Positions 9,220 through 19,293 of a stretch of 64,000 nucleotides of DNA are shown in pieces. This stretch comes from Lentimicrobiaceae bacterium. Lineage in GTDB: Bacteria; Bacteroidota; Bacteroidia; Bacteroidales; JAGONC01. The stretch covers positions 24,873 to 88,872 of the forward strand of contig JAGONC010000004.1 of the NCBI GenBank assembly GCA_017993235.1. Direction: 5' to 3'. A program made the translations under genes and the position numbers. Within the stretch, counting starts at the first letter, position 1; each line of letters starts with the position of its first letter. The notes beneath the pieces were generated by a model. That model did no database searches. It was not told the DNA's origin and saw only the letters and a list, made by a program, of their open reading frames with translations.

Positions 9220-9939
9220 TTACTTCATTGCCACGGTCAGTGCTGTAACTCCAAAAAAGAAAGGTCTGATAAAAATGGATTTAAATCCCGTATCTTCAAG
9301 TAATCCTTTCATTTCATCCGGGGTGTAAAAATGGATAGCCGAATGGGAAAGATATTTATAGGCTTTTTTATTTTTGCTTAAAATTCCGCCAACCTGATTG
9401 ACAAAAAGAATTAAATATAGATGATACAATCTTCGGATTAACCTGTTTTTGGGTTGACTCGTTTCGATGATCACAAATTTCCCCCTTGGTTTAATGACCC
9501 TATAAATTTCCGACAGATAAAGATCCCGTTTGAAATTCTTAAAGGTCAGGTTCCTGAATCCAAATCCAATGCAGACTACATCAATGGATTGTTCCTCAAA
9601 GGGAAGCTCGCCGACATCGCCCGAGAGGATTTCAATACCGGATATTTTTTTCCTTTCCAGCTTTTTACGGGCTGCTTCGAGCATGGGCTCGCTGAAATCC
9701 AACGCGGTGATTTTTGTAGCTCCTTCCTTTAATCTGGCCAGGTGACAGGCCAGATCACCTGTTCCGGTGCATATATCCACAACATGATCCGGATGGTCTA
9801 CCAGGCACGCCCTGGCGGTCCGTCTTCTCCAGTGTTCATCAAGGCGAAAGGTTAAGAGCCGGTTCATCAAGTCGTAGCGACGGGGAACCTCGTTAAACAT
9901 TTTCTGAAGGGGCCGAGGAGAACCAGTTGACAGATTCAT
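9220..9939 (-). CDS. ubiE: Demethylmenaquinone/ubiquinone methyltransferase
   Basis: MFNEVPRRYDLMNRLLT, DICTGTGD and a C-terminal class I SAM-MTase fold. The start is trimmed to the ATG at 9939 (MNLSTG...). The longest ORF reaches 9975. Confidence 0.85.
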   Translation of the reverse strand: MNLSTGSPRPLQKMFNEVPRRYDLMNRLLTFRLDEHWRRRTARACLVDHPDHVVDICTGTGDLACHLARLKEGATKITALDFSEPMLEAARKKLERKKISGIEILSGDVGELPFEEQSIDVVCIGFGFRNLTFKNFKRDLYLSEIYRVIKPRGKFVIIETSQPKNRLIRRLYHLYLILFVNQVGGILSKNKKAYKYLSHSAIHFYTPDEMKGLLEDTGFKSIFIRPFFFGVTALTVAMK

Positions 9940-9979
9940 ATAGCTTTTTGTTACTTTTGTCGGAAGCCTTTGCAATCAT

Positions 9980-11620
9980 ATGCGAAATTACGTTTTCTTC
10001 GGTTTGCTCTGCCTCTTATTGTTCATAAGCCTGTTTTTCTGGCAGGATGTGGTTGAACTGCTCGGTGAGGAACCAAGACGTGCTGTCGTTTCTCTTGAGA
10101 TGAACCTGACGGGCGATTACCTGGTTCCGAAGATCAATGGGATGAATTATTACAACAAGCCACCCCTGTTCAATTGGATAATGGCTTCCTGTTTTACCCT
10201 GACCGGCAGCTACGAAGAATGGGTCGTCCGGCTGCCCTCACTGCTGGGTTGGATTGTTCTTGCTATAGTCAACTATTTTTTTGTCCGCAGGTTCCTGGGA
10301 AGTGAAGTCGCCATGCTTTCTTCCATTTTTACGCTGACAGCGGGGGATGTTTATTTCTACGGAACCATATTTTCAGGCGAAATAGACCTTTTTTACAGCC
10401 TGATCATCTATTTACAGATTCTTGCACTGTTCTGGTTCTTTCAGAAAGATAAACGATTATGGATGTTTATTGTTTCATATGCATTGGTTGCGATAGGATT
10501 CCTGACCAAGGGCCTTCCGTCTCTTGCGTTCCAGGCGATGACCCTTCTGGGCATGGCCTTTTTTTACCGTAAATGGAAATGGCTGTTCAGCTGGCAACAT
10601 CTGGCAGGTGCACTGTTCTTTCTTCTACCTGTTGGTCTTTATTATATTGCGTATTCCCGGGAGGCGGATTATCAGAGCTACCTCATCAACCTGATAAAGG
10701 AAGCATCCCAGCGCTCAGGTTTTGAAAGCAGACCTTCTGATTTTTTTATCAGCCTGGTCAGTTTTCCTGCCGATCTGATTAAATTACTGCTGCCATGGTC
10801 AGTGCTGATCGTGTTCTGGTTCCGCAAAGGATTTAAAAGTGTCATTTTATCCAGTGACCTGCTGAGGTTTGTAGCGGCCTTTTTGGTTTTTAACATTCCC
10901 CTGTACTGGCTGACCGGGGAACTGCGGAACCGCTATGTCTACATGTTTGTCCCATTCTTTATGATGATCATAGCCAGCTTTTATGTTAATTACAGGGAAT
11001 CCATGCCTCAAATCGCACGATGGGCAGACACGATTTTCAGAATCCTGATCATCCTGGCCCCTTTGATTTTTTTAATCCCTCTTTTTCTGCCTCAAACCCG
11101 GACCCTGCATTTATACTGGTTGAAATGCATGGTACTCGCCATTGCAGGTTTCATCTGTACTTACCTGTATTTCATCCGATGGAAGGATAAAAGGATATAT
11201 CTGATCGTTCTGGTCATGATCCTGCTGCGCTTTGGGATCAACTGGTTTTATTTACCTGCCTATCAATCAAATGATGCTTATGTTTACTATGAAAAGGTGG
11301 CTGGTGATATTGTCTCACTGACCGGTGATGAAAAGATCCATTTTACCGGTGAGCCTCAGATCCTTGAACCTCAGGTTCGAATCGGCAAACATCATCTGAC
11401 GACCCTTCACTTTACTTATCCTGAGTATATACCTTTTCAGCTCAGTTACTATCTTGAACGTCAGAATAAACAGGTGCTGGAATTTACCAGCCTTCCGCAG
11501 CCCGGAACTTACTGTCTCGGCAGGGAGTCTTTTTTAAAGGGTAAGGCATTCCAGGAACTTTATCGGTATAGCGATAAAAGAGCTAAGGCAGACATACTCC
11601 TTGTGAGGATGCTGCCTTAA
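9980..11620 (+). CDS. ArnT/PMT-like GT-C fold glycosyltransferase (polyprenyl-phosphate-sugar dependent)
   Basis: 546 aa, polytopic. The first periplasmic loop EPRRAVVSLEM...YYNKPPLFNWIMA is typical of ArnT-like enzymes. It is a paralog of 36249..37883. Confidence 0.75.
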   Translation: MRNYVFFGLLCLLLFISLFFWQDVVELLGEEPRRAVVSLEMNLTGDYLVPKINGMNYYNKPPLFNWIMASCFTLTGSYEEWVVRLPSLLGWIVLAIVNYFFVRRFLGSEVAMLSSIFTLTAGDVYFYGTIFSGEIDLFYSLIIYLQILALFWFFQKDKRLWMFIVSYALVAIGFLTKGLPSLAFQAMTLLGMAFFYRKWKWLFSWQHLAGALFFLLPVGLYYIAYSREADYQSYLINLIKEASQRSGFESRPSDFFISLVSFPADLIKLLLPWSVLIVFWFRKGFKSVILSSDLLRFVAAFLVFNIPLYWLTGELRNRYVYMFVPFFMMIIASFYVNYRESMPQIARWADTIFRILIILAPLIFLIPLFLPQTRTLHLYWLKCMVLAIAGFICTYLYFIRWKDKRIYLIVLVMILLRFGINWFYLPAYQSNDAYVYYEKVAGDIVSLTGDEKIHFTGEPQILEPQVRIGKHHLTTLHFTYPEYIPFQLSYYLERQNKQVLEFTSLPQPGTYCLGRESFLKGKAFQELYRYSDKRAKADILLVRMLP

Positions 11621-13731
11621 AGCATCCCTTTCTTTTTTAACAGGGGTTCAATGCTGGGTTCCGAACCCCTGAAACGCTTATAAAGCACCATCGGATCTTC
11701 TGTTCCTCCTTTTGACAGAATGTTCTCACGGAAGCTCAGCGCTGTTGCCGGATCGAAAAGGGAAGTCTGCCTGAAGGCTTCAAAAGCGTCCGAATCCAAC
11801 ACCTGAGCCCAGGTGTAGCTATAATAACCTGATGAATACCCTCCGCTGAAGATATGCTGGAAGTATGTGCTTCTGTAGCGGCTGACGATTTCAGGGATCA
11901 GCCCGATCTGTTTCATCGAATTGTCCTCAAATATCAGAACATCAACCTGCGGATTCGTCGTCAGGGAATGCCAGTCCATATCCAGGTAAGAAGCCGCCAG
12001 GTATTCTACCGTCGAAAATCCCTGGTTGAACTGCTGACTTCTCTTGAGGCTTTTCATGAGTTCTTCGGGGATCTTTTCACCTGTCAGGTAATGTTTGGCA
12101 AAAAGGTTCAAAACTTCGGGTTCAACAGCCCAGTTTTCCATGATCTGGGAAGGAAGTTCGACAAAATCCCTGGGTGTTGAGGTACCCGAAATACTTGGAT
12201 ATGTGCAATCCGATAGTAGTCCATGCAGTGCGTGGCCGAACTCATGGAACAATGTGCTCATGTCGTCGAAACTGAGAAGCGAAGGCTGGTCAGCAGCGGG
12301 TCTGGAAAAGTTTCCCACGACCGTTATGATGGGGGAGACCTCTGTCCCGTTAATCCGGTACTGGTCGCGGTAATTATTCATCCATGCACCAAATCGCTTA
12401 CTTTCCCTCGGAAAAAAGTCCATGAACAGGATGCCAACATGCCTGCCGTCTGCTTCCGTCACTTCAAAAGCCCGGGCATCCGGATGGTATTTCGGAAGAT
12501 CAGTCCTTTCAACGAATTGAAGTCCATAGAGCTTATTGGCAACGGTAAAAACACCACTGACTACATCATCGAGTTTAAAATAAGGTCGTAAAACCTCCTC
12601 GTCGAAGTTGAACTTTTCTTTTTTAACTCTCTCGGCATAATACCACCAGTCCCAGGGTTGAAGCATAAAATCCCCTCCTGCCTGGTCGATCATTCTCTGA
12701 AGCTGCTCTGCTTCTTTTTTTGCGACTGGCAGTGCTGCCATCCAGAGTTGATCAAGCAGCTCATAAACTTTAGCGGGTTCTTTAGCCATATTTTTTTCCA
12801 GAACATAATGAGCGTGCGATGGGTAGCCGAGCATCCGGGCACGCTCGAGCCGAAGGGTAACGATTTTGGAGATGATTTCCTTGTTATCCTTACTGTCACC
12901 ATGGTTTCCCTTGTTGATGTAAGCAAGAAAGAGTTCTTTGCGGAGTTCACGGTTATCTGCGTAGGATAAAAACGGGATCCGGCTGGGATTGTCAAGGGTG
13001 AATATCCATTTATCCTGAAAGCCTTTTGCACCTGCATCAGCTGCTGCCGCCTGGATCACTGATGGGGGAAGACCCGTAAGATCTTCCTTTTTCTCAATGA
13101 CCAGCATATACTGATTGGTTTCTTTGAGTAGGTTATCGCCAAACTGTAGTGTCAGTGTGGATAATTCCCCGTTGATTTTGCGGAATCGCTCCTGGTCTTC
13201 TACTTTCAGGTTGGCACCGCCCCTGACGAAGTCCCTGTACTTGTTTTCCAGTAGTTTGTACTGTTCTGCCGTTAAGCCGAGGCTATCCCGCTGGTCATAG
13301 ACTGCCTGTATCCGGCTGAACAACCGGGGATTCAGGTTGATATCATCCACATGACCGGAAATGAGAGGGGCGACTTCTTTAGCTATCTCCTGCAGTGCTT
13401 CGTTTGTGTTGGAGGAGGTAAGGTTATAAAATACGTCGCTGACTTTCCGGAGCAATAATCCACTGTACTCCAGCGCTTCAACCGTATTGGCAAACGTGGG
13501 TGCATCCGTATTGCCGGTGATCACCTCCACCTCTTTCCTTTGTTGTTTCATGCCTTCCAGAAATGCAGGCATGAAATGATCATTATTGATCTGGTCAAAC
13601 GGTGGCACCTGAAACGGAGTAGTATACTCAGTGAAGAAAGGATTCACAATTTCTTTTATTTTGGGTTGTTTTTCACGGCAGGAGGTCAGCAAGAGGGCCA
13701 GAACACCTGTCAGGATGAAGATTTTTTTCAT
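11617..13731 (-). CDS. dcp: M3-family peptidyl-dipeptidase
   Basis: 704 aa. HEFGHALH zinc motif, lipoprotein-type signal (LLLTSC), and length and C-terminal pattern typical of Dcp. Confidence 0.9.
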   Translation of the reverse strand: MKKIFILTGVLALLLTSCREKQPKIKEIVNPFFTEYTTPFQVPPFDQINNDHFMPAFLEGMKQQRKEVEVITGNTDAPTFANTVEALEYSGLLLRKVSDVFYNLTSSNTNEALQEIAKEVAPLISGHVDDINLNPRLFSRIQAVYDQRDSLGLTAEQYKLLENKYRDFVRGGANLKVEDQERFRKINGELSTLTLQFGDNLLKETNQYMLVIEKKEDLTGLPPSVIQAAAADAGAKGFQDKWIFTLDNPSRIPFLSYADNRELRKELFLAYINKGNHGDSKDNKEIISKIVTLRLERARMLGYPSHAHYVLEKNMAKEPAKVYELLDQLWMAALPVAKKEAEQLQRMIDQAGGDFMLQPWDWWYYAERVKKEKFNFDEEVLRPYFKLDDVVSGVFTVANKLYGLQFVERTDLPKYHPDARAFEVTEADGRHVGILFMDFFPRESKRFGAWMNNYRDQYRINGTEVSPIITVVGNFSRPAADQPSLLSFDDMSTLFHEFGHALHGLLSDCTYPSISGTSTPRDFVELPSQIMENWAVEPEVLNLFAKHYLTGEKIPEELMKSLKRSQQFNQGFSTVEYLAASYLDMDWHSLTTNPQVDVLIFEDNSMKQIGLIPEIVSRYRSTYFQHIFSGGYSSGYYSYTWAQVLDSDAFEAFRQTSLFDPATALSFRENILSKGGTEDPMVLYKRFRGSEPSIEPLLKKKGML

Positions 13732-13742
13732 AGTGATGATAT

Positions 13743-13931
13743 CTAATTACCCATTCTCCTCTCGAAGATAACATCGAAAAACTTTGCTGCTCCATAGCTG
13801 CCAATTCCCGGTGCAAAAACCTGTACAAAACGCCATCCTTTTTTCGAATTTTCTTCAATGATCTTCTGATAGTCCTCTTTTGGCTTGCCAAAAAAGGAGA
13901 TCCGGATGCGGATAAATTTGTATTCGTACAT
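13743..13931 (-). CDS. DUF4177-like small protein
   Basis: MYEYKFIRI...GWRFVQVFAPG pattern. The start is trimmed to the ATG at 13931. Confidence 0.55.
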   Translation of the reverse strand: MYEYKFIRIRISFFGKPKEDYQKIIEENSKKGWRFVQVFAPGIGSYGAAKFFDVIFERRMGN

Positions 13932-14057
13932 ACTGTTTTCTTTATTGTGCAAATATCTTTAAAATATTTATTAACAATTACTGTTTATGTAATAAACTAG
14001 TTTATATTTGTGTCAAGTTTATAGAATTTATATTGATATATATTAAAACAGCGAAAA

Positions 14058-14633
14058 ATGGAAACTAAATCGGACTATGCAGACAAATTGGGCCTTATTT
14101 ACGAAATGATTGAGAATTCAAAGGCTCAGATCAAGGAAAATGCATTCTTTTATCTTCTTTGGGGCTGGCTCGTGCTGATTGCCAGTTTGACCCATTTCAT
14201 CCTGATGAAGCTTGGCCATTATCATTCATTTTGGGTCTGGCCCATCATCATGACAGCAGGGATGGTAATTTCTGTCATTGCAGGAATACGAATGGGGAAA
14301 AGGTCGACCTACCGGACCCATGTTGATACAGCCATTATTTATTTATGGCTGGGATTCTTCTTTCTTTTACTGGTAGTCCTTTCCTTTGCCATTTTTGGTC
14401 TGATCCCCTGGCATATCATGAACGCCCTGATCATTGCCATGTATGGACTGGGTACCTTTGTTTCAGGAGGCATTTTAAGATTCAGACCACTGATCATTGG
14501 CGGTATCTGCAGCTGGATAATATCCCTGGGAGTGTTTTTCGTACCGGGAGAGTATATGTTGTTGCTTGTTGCACTCTCGATCATTATTGCTTATCTGATC
14601 CCGGGTTATATGATCCGTCGATCTGTCAATTAA
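14058..14633 (+). CDS. Hypothetical membrane protein (5-6 TM)
   Basis: 191 aa, hydrophobic. It ends 7 nt before the wHTH gene. Confidence 0.55.
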   Translation: METKSDYADKLGLIYEMIENSKAQIKENAFFYLLWGWLVLIASLTHFILMKLGHYHSFWVWPIIMTAGMVISVIAGIRMGKRSTYRTHVDTAIIYLWLGFFFLLLVVLSFAIFGLIPWHIMNALIIAMYGLGTFVSGGILRFRPLIIGGICSWIISLGVFFVPGEYMLLLVALSIIIAYLIPGYMIRRSVN

Positions 14634-14640
14634 GAGCCAT

Positions 14641-14931
14641 ATGTTTGAAGAACTTGATCCGTTGCTGCATTCACAGCTCAGGCTGGCCATCATGTCAGTT
14701 CTTATCGGTGTTGAGTCGGCCGATTTCAACTACTTACTGGACAGAACCGGTGCCACACGGGGTAACCTCAGTGTCCAGATCAGCAAATTGAGTGATGCCG
14801 GGTACATCCAGGTGGAAAAAAGTTTTCGCAAAAAAATGCCATTGACCACCTGCAGGGTTGCTCCCAAAGGTATCGAAGCATTTGAAAAATACGTGACAGC
14901 CCTGCAGAAATATCTGAACCAGCAGGCATAA
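14641..14931 (+). CDS. Small winged-helix transcriptional regulator
   Basis: 96 aa. LDPLLHSQLRLAIMSVL...GNLSVQISKLSDAGYIQVEK fits a wHTH of the ArsR/MarR-like small-regulator type. Confidence 0.7.
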   Translation: MFEELDPLLHSQLRLAIMSVLIGVESADFNYLLDRTGATRGNLSVQISKLSDAGYIQVEKSFRKKMPLTTCRVAPKGIEAFEKYVTALQKYLNQQA

Positions 14932-15172
14932 GACCGTAACAGGCTTTTCAATCAGACGTTGGCCAATCTTCAGATCTATTGCCAGATAGACCGATGATGA
15001 CTGGCACATTGTGTTTTCCCAGGTTTAAGTACAGTTGAGCCTGACCATTCTGCAAGGATTGGGTATGGATCCGAAAGGAGTGCTTCCCAATAAAAAAATT
15101 GCATTTCTTTTCTGTTATTGATTCTTTTTTCATACTTTTCGACGGTCACGTTAAATTTTCAACTCATTCCGG

Positions 15173-16228
15173 ATGAAACGATCGATCATTCTTTACATCC
15201 TTGCCGCGGCCCTTCTTGCCTTTGCGGCAATTAAAATTGTACACAACAGGCAAAAAAGTAAATCCGTTGCTCCTGTGGCTGCGGTTCAGTCGTTTGGTGC
15301 TGATGTTTACATTGCCAGGGATACGCTGGTCAGCTATCAGATCAGCTCGGTGGGCAGTTTGCTGGCAAACGAGCATGTACTGATCCAGAGCGAGGTAAGC
15401 CAGCGGCTGGTGGCCATTTATTTCCAGGAGGGTACTTTTGTCTCCAGAGGATCCATGCTTTTCAAGCTGGACGATGCCACCCTGCAGGCTGAGCTGAACA
15501 AGCTGAAGATCCAGGAGGAACTGGCGGCACAGAATGAAAGCCGCGATCATGTTTTGCTGGAGAAAGGAGGGATCAGTCAGCAGGCCTATGACGAAACCCT
15601 CAATCGTCTGAAGACCCTTCAGGCAGAGACAGCCCGTATCCGGGTAGACATTGACAAGACGGAGATACGGGCGCCTTTCGCCGGAAGGATTGGTCTGCGC
15701 AATGTGAGTGAGGGAGCGTATGTGAAGCCTTCGGATATTCTGACCACCCTGGAAGATGTCAGCCAGATCAAGCTCGATTTTACGGTTCCGGAACGATATG
15801 CAGGCAGTATCAGCAAAGGGCAGACGGTAACCTTCACGATCACCGGAAGCCCGGCACTCTATTCCGCCACTATTGATGCCTTCGAGCCATCGGTGGATGC
15901 CTCCACCCGGAATCTCAAGATAAGGGCATTGACCAGCAATCAAGAGGGAAAGCTCATCCCCGGTTTATCCGCCAAAGTGTTTCTTGACTTTAGGGAAACC
16001 AGTGCCAGTATCTTCATACCAAGCCAGTGTCTTATCCCGGTACTCAAAGGTTACCAGGTATATGTGTGCAAGCAGGGCCTTGTCAGGGTATTCCCTGTAA
16101 AGACAGGCATAAGGAACAGGGAAAGTGTCCAGATACTGGAGGGCTTGACAGCCGGCGACACGGTGGTGATGACCAACCTGCTGAGATTAAGACCAGGAAT
16201 GAAGATAAAGATCGTTAATACATTCTAA
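15173..16228 (+). CDS. RND efflux periplasmic adaptor (MFP)
   Basis: N-terminal anchor, coiled coil (LQAELNKLKIQEELAAQ) and IRAPFAGRIG lipoyl-type motif. Confidence 0.9.
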   Translation: MKRSIILYILAAALLAFAAIKIVHNRQKSKSVAPVAAVQSFGADVYIARDTLVSYQISSVGSLLANEHVLIQSEVSQRLVAIYFQEGTFVSRGSMLFKLDDATLQAELNKLKIQEELAAQNESRDHVLLEKGGISQQAYDETLNRLKTLQAETARIRVDIDKTEIRAPFAGRIGLRNVSEGAYVKPSDILTTLEDVSQIKLDFTVPERYAGSISKGQTVTFTITGSPALYSATIDAFEPSVDASTRNLKIRALTSNQEGKLIPGLSAKVFLDFRETSASIFIPSQCLIPVLKGYQVYVCKQGLVRVFPVKTGIRNRESVQILEGLTAGDTVVMTNLLRLRPGMKIKIVNTF

Positions 16229-16230
16229 TT

Positions 16231-19200
16231 ATGAGCCTATCCTCCGTCAGTATCAACAGACCTATTTTGCCCATCGTATTTGCGATCATCCTGATCATTT
16301 TCGGTACTGTCAGTTTCTTTATGCTGGGTGACAGGGAATATCCTGATGTGGAGCCCCCTATTGTCAATGTATCAACCATTTACGTAGGCGCAAATGCAGA
16401 GATCATTCAGACCCAGATCACCGATCCTCTCGAGGAAGCCATCAGTGGCATAGAGGGAGTCAGGGTGATCTCTTCCCAGTCAACCGAACAATCCAGTCTG
16501 ATCACTGTGGAATTCAACATTGGGGAGGACCTGGAGCGGGCTGCCAACGATGTCAGGGATAAAGTGGCCAAGACCATCCGTTTTTTGCCCAAGGACATTG
16601 ATCCGCCCATTGTGGAAAAGCTGGATGTGAATGCCAATCCGATCATTTTTATGACCGTCAAAAGTGAATCCCGTGATCTGCTTCAGGTTTATGATATTGT
16701 CGACAGGTTGATCAAAGACCGTCTGCAAACGATCCCGGAGATCGGCGGAATACAGATTTTCGGAGATAAGAAGTATTGCATGCGTCTCTGGATGGATCCT
16801 GACCGGCTGGCGGCGCATGACCTCACCCCACTGGATGTGCAGCAGGCCGTCGTGCGCGAGAATGTCGAACTTCCTTCCGGGAGAATAGAAGGGGAAAACA
16901 GCGAGCTTAGTGTGCGGACGCTGGGACTGCTGACCACACCGGACGAGTTCAACAATCTTACCATCAGGGAGAAAGATGGATCAGTCCTGCGGTTCAGCGA
17001 TCTGGGCTTTGCAGAGCTTGGAGCAGAAAACGAGCGGACCATCTTCAAGAGCGATCTCTTCCCTTGCGTCGCCATTGGGGTCATCCCGCAGCCGGGAGCC
17101 AACACAATTGATATTGCCGATGAGTTCTACAAACGCATGGATGAGGTCAGGGAGGTTTTACCGCCCGATATTGACATGAGACTCGGCTTTGACTTCACGC
17201 TGTTTGAGCGCAATGCCATCAAGGAAGTGAAGGAGACGATGCTCCTTGCTTTCTGCCTGGTTGTACTGATCATCTACTTCTTTTTGCGTGACTGGCGCTC
17301 TGCGGTCATCCCCGTGGTTGCCATCCCTATTTCGATCATCGCTACCTTTTTCATCATGTACCTGACCGGTATCACGATCAACGTGCTGACCCTGGTGGGG
17401 CTGATCCTTGCCATCGGGCTGGTATGCGATGATGCCATTATTGTTCTGGAGATCATATATACAAAGGTCGACTCAGGCTTTTCGGCCATTGAGGCGGCCC
17501 ATAAAGGCATCCAGGAGATCCAATTTGCCATCATATCTACCACACTGACCCTTGCGGTGGTCTTTATACCGATCATGTTCCTGCAGGGACTGACGGGTAA
17601 GCTATTCAGGGAATTTGCCCTCGTGGTGGCAGGTTCTGTCATGGTATCCGGTTTTGTGGCCCTCACGCTTTCTCCCATGATGGGGTCACGCATCCTGACG
17701 CAGCAGCGTCATCTCAATTTGAACTGGTTCTTTAAGCTCACCGAACCATTCTTCCTTAACCTGAACCGGCGTTACCGGTATTCCCTGGCGGCGTTCATCA
17801 AATACCGCTGGGTGATCTGGCCTGTTTTTGCCCTGATAGCCGTACTGATCTTTCTCCTTGGAAGTGACATCCACTCTGAACTGGCGCCTTATGAAGACAG
17901 GTCGAATGTGCGGATCATCACCCTTGGTCCGGAAGGATCGTCCTATGAATTCATGGAGAAGTACATGGATCAGTTGAGTCAATACGTGGCTGATTCGATT
18001 CCGGAAGCCACACGCAATTTTGCCATGATCGCCCCCAGTTTCAGCACCATTGATGCACCCAACAAAGGGCAGGAGATCGTTTACCTTAGCGATCCGGATA
18101 AGAGGGACAGGACACAGAATGAGATCTTTCAAAAGGTGTCACGCGATCTTCAGCACATTACCGGCATCAGTGCATTTCCCTTTGAACCTCCGACCGTCGG
18201 AAGCCGTTTTGCCGGACAGGCGCTTCAGTTTGTGATCCAATCCGCCAGTTTTGATTCGCTCAAGCGCGTACTGCCCCTTTTTCTGGAAGAAGCCCGAAAG
18301 AGTCCCATCCTCAGTTTTGTGGATGCCAACCTCAAGATCAACAAGCCCGAGCTGCGGCTGACCATCGACAGGGATCGTGCTGCGATAATGGGGATTTCGG
18401 TGAGGGATATTGCCACCACGCTTCAGTTCGCCCTCAGTGGCCAGCGTTTTGATTATTTTTACATGAACGGTAAACAGTATCAGGTGATTGGCCAGGTTAC
18501 ACGCGAGTACAGGGATTCCCCTGAAGATCTTAAATTGCTGAATATAAGGAATAACAGGGGAGAGCTGATCCCTCTTGAAAACTTCATTTTATGGGAGGAA
18601 GGCATCAATCCCTCCACCATTTTCACATACGACAGGTATATCTCTGCGACCATCTCTGCCGGGACCGTTCCGGGAATGACACTGGGAGATGGCATAAGCG
18701 AGATGTACCGTATAGCCGCAAAGGTTTTACCGGCGAATTTCAGGACTGCCCTGGCGGGGCAGGCAAGGGATTATGCCGAGAGTTCCGCCAGCCTGAGGTA
18801 TATCTTCATGCTGGCACTGGTACTCATTTATCTTATTCTCGCAGCCCAGTTCAACAGCTGGCTCGATCCACTGGTCATCCTGATGACCGTGCCCCTTGCC
18901 TTGTTCGGAGCGCTGCTTTCATTATGGTTCTTTGACCAGACACTTAACATTTTCAGCCAGATCGGGATCATCATGCTGATCGGTCTGGTCACGAAAAATG
19001 GTATCCTGATCGTTGAATTTGCGAACCAGCGAAAGCTGAAAGGCATCAATAAGTTTGAAGCTGTCCGCCATGCGGCTGCAACAAGGCTGCGGCCTATCCT
19101 GATGACTGCTTCTGCCACAATTCTGGGTATTTTACCGATAGCCCTTTCCATTGGCGCTTCCTCGGGCAGCCGCCGCTCCATGGGGATCGCAGTGGTAGGA

Positions 19201-19293
19201 GGGATGCTCTTTGCCACATTCTTTTCACTGTACATTGTACCAGCCCTGTATACCTATTTGTCCAAAGAGAATATCAAAACCAGCTCATCATGA
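16231..19293 (+). CDS. RND efflux permease (AcrB/HAE1-like)
   Basis: 1020 aa with 12-TM architecture and two large periplasmic loops. It starts 2 nt after the MFP gene. Confidence 0.95.
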   Translation: MSLSSVSINRPILPIVFAIILIIFGTVSFFMLGDREYPDVEPPIVNVSTIYVGANAEIIQTQITDPLEEAISGIEGVRVISSQSTEQSSLITVEFNIGEDLERAANDVRDKVAKTIRFLPKDIDPPIVEKLDVNANPIIFMTVKSESRDLLQVYDIVDRLIKDRLQTIPEIGGIQIFGDKKYCMRLWMDPDRLAAHDLTPLDVQQAVVRENVELPSGRIEGENSELSVRTLGLLTTPDEFNNLTIREKDGSVLRFSDLGFAELGAENERTIFKSDLFPCVAIGVIPQPGANTIDIADEFYKRMDEVREVLPPDIDMRLGFDFTLFERNAIKEVKETMLLAFCLVVLIIYFFLRDWRSAVIPVVAIPISIIATFFIMYLTGITINVLTLVGLILAIGLVCDDAIIVLEIIYTKVDSGFSAIEAAHKGIQEIQFAIISTTLTLAVVFIPIMFLQGLTGKLFREFALVVAGSVMVSGFVALTLSPMMGSRILTQQRHLNLNWFFKLTEPFFLNLNRRYRYSLAAFIKYRWVIWPVFALIAVLIFLLGSDIHSELAPYEDRSNVRIITLGPEGSSYEFMEKYMDQLSQYVADSIPEATRNFAMIAPSFSTIDAPNKGQEIVYLSDPDKRDRTQNEIFQKVSRDLQHITGISAFPFEPPTVGSRFAGQALQFVIQSASFDSLKRVLPLFLEEARKSPILSFVDANLKINKPELRLTIDRDRAAIMGISVRDIATTLQFALSGQRFDYFYMNGKQYQVIGQVTREYRDSPEDLKLLNIRNNRGELIPLENFILWEEGINPSTIFTYDRYISATISAGTVPGMTLGDGISEMYRIAAKVLPANFRTALAGQARDYAESSASLRYIFMLALVLIYLILAAQFNSWLDPLVILMTVPLALFGALLSLWFFDQTLNIFSQIGIIMLIGLVTKNGILIVEFANQRKLKGINKFEAVRHAAATRLRPILMTASATILGILPIALSIGASSGSRRSMGIAVVGGMLFATFFSLYIVPALYTYLSKENIKTSSS

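Noticed and set aside
14948-15133. 61-aa minus-strand ORF in the gap between the wHTH gene and the RND operon
   Set aside because: It is the only ORF in the gap and starts MKKESITEKK, but I see no recognisable family, no evident ribosome-binding context and no partner genes on that strand. I did not call it as a gene; it is mentioned under the efflux-regulator finding.
15164-15943. 259-aa ORF antisense to the RND adaptor gene
   Set aside because: It lies entirely inside a gene with a clear MFP signature on the other strand, and its composition is Arg/Gly/Leu/Gln-rich junk. The same reasoning applies to the antisense ORFs inside the AcrB gene (16407-19235).
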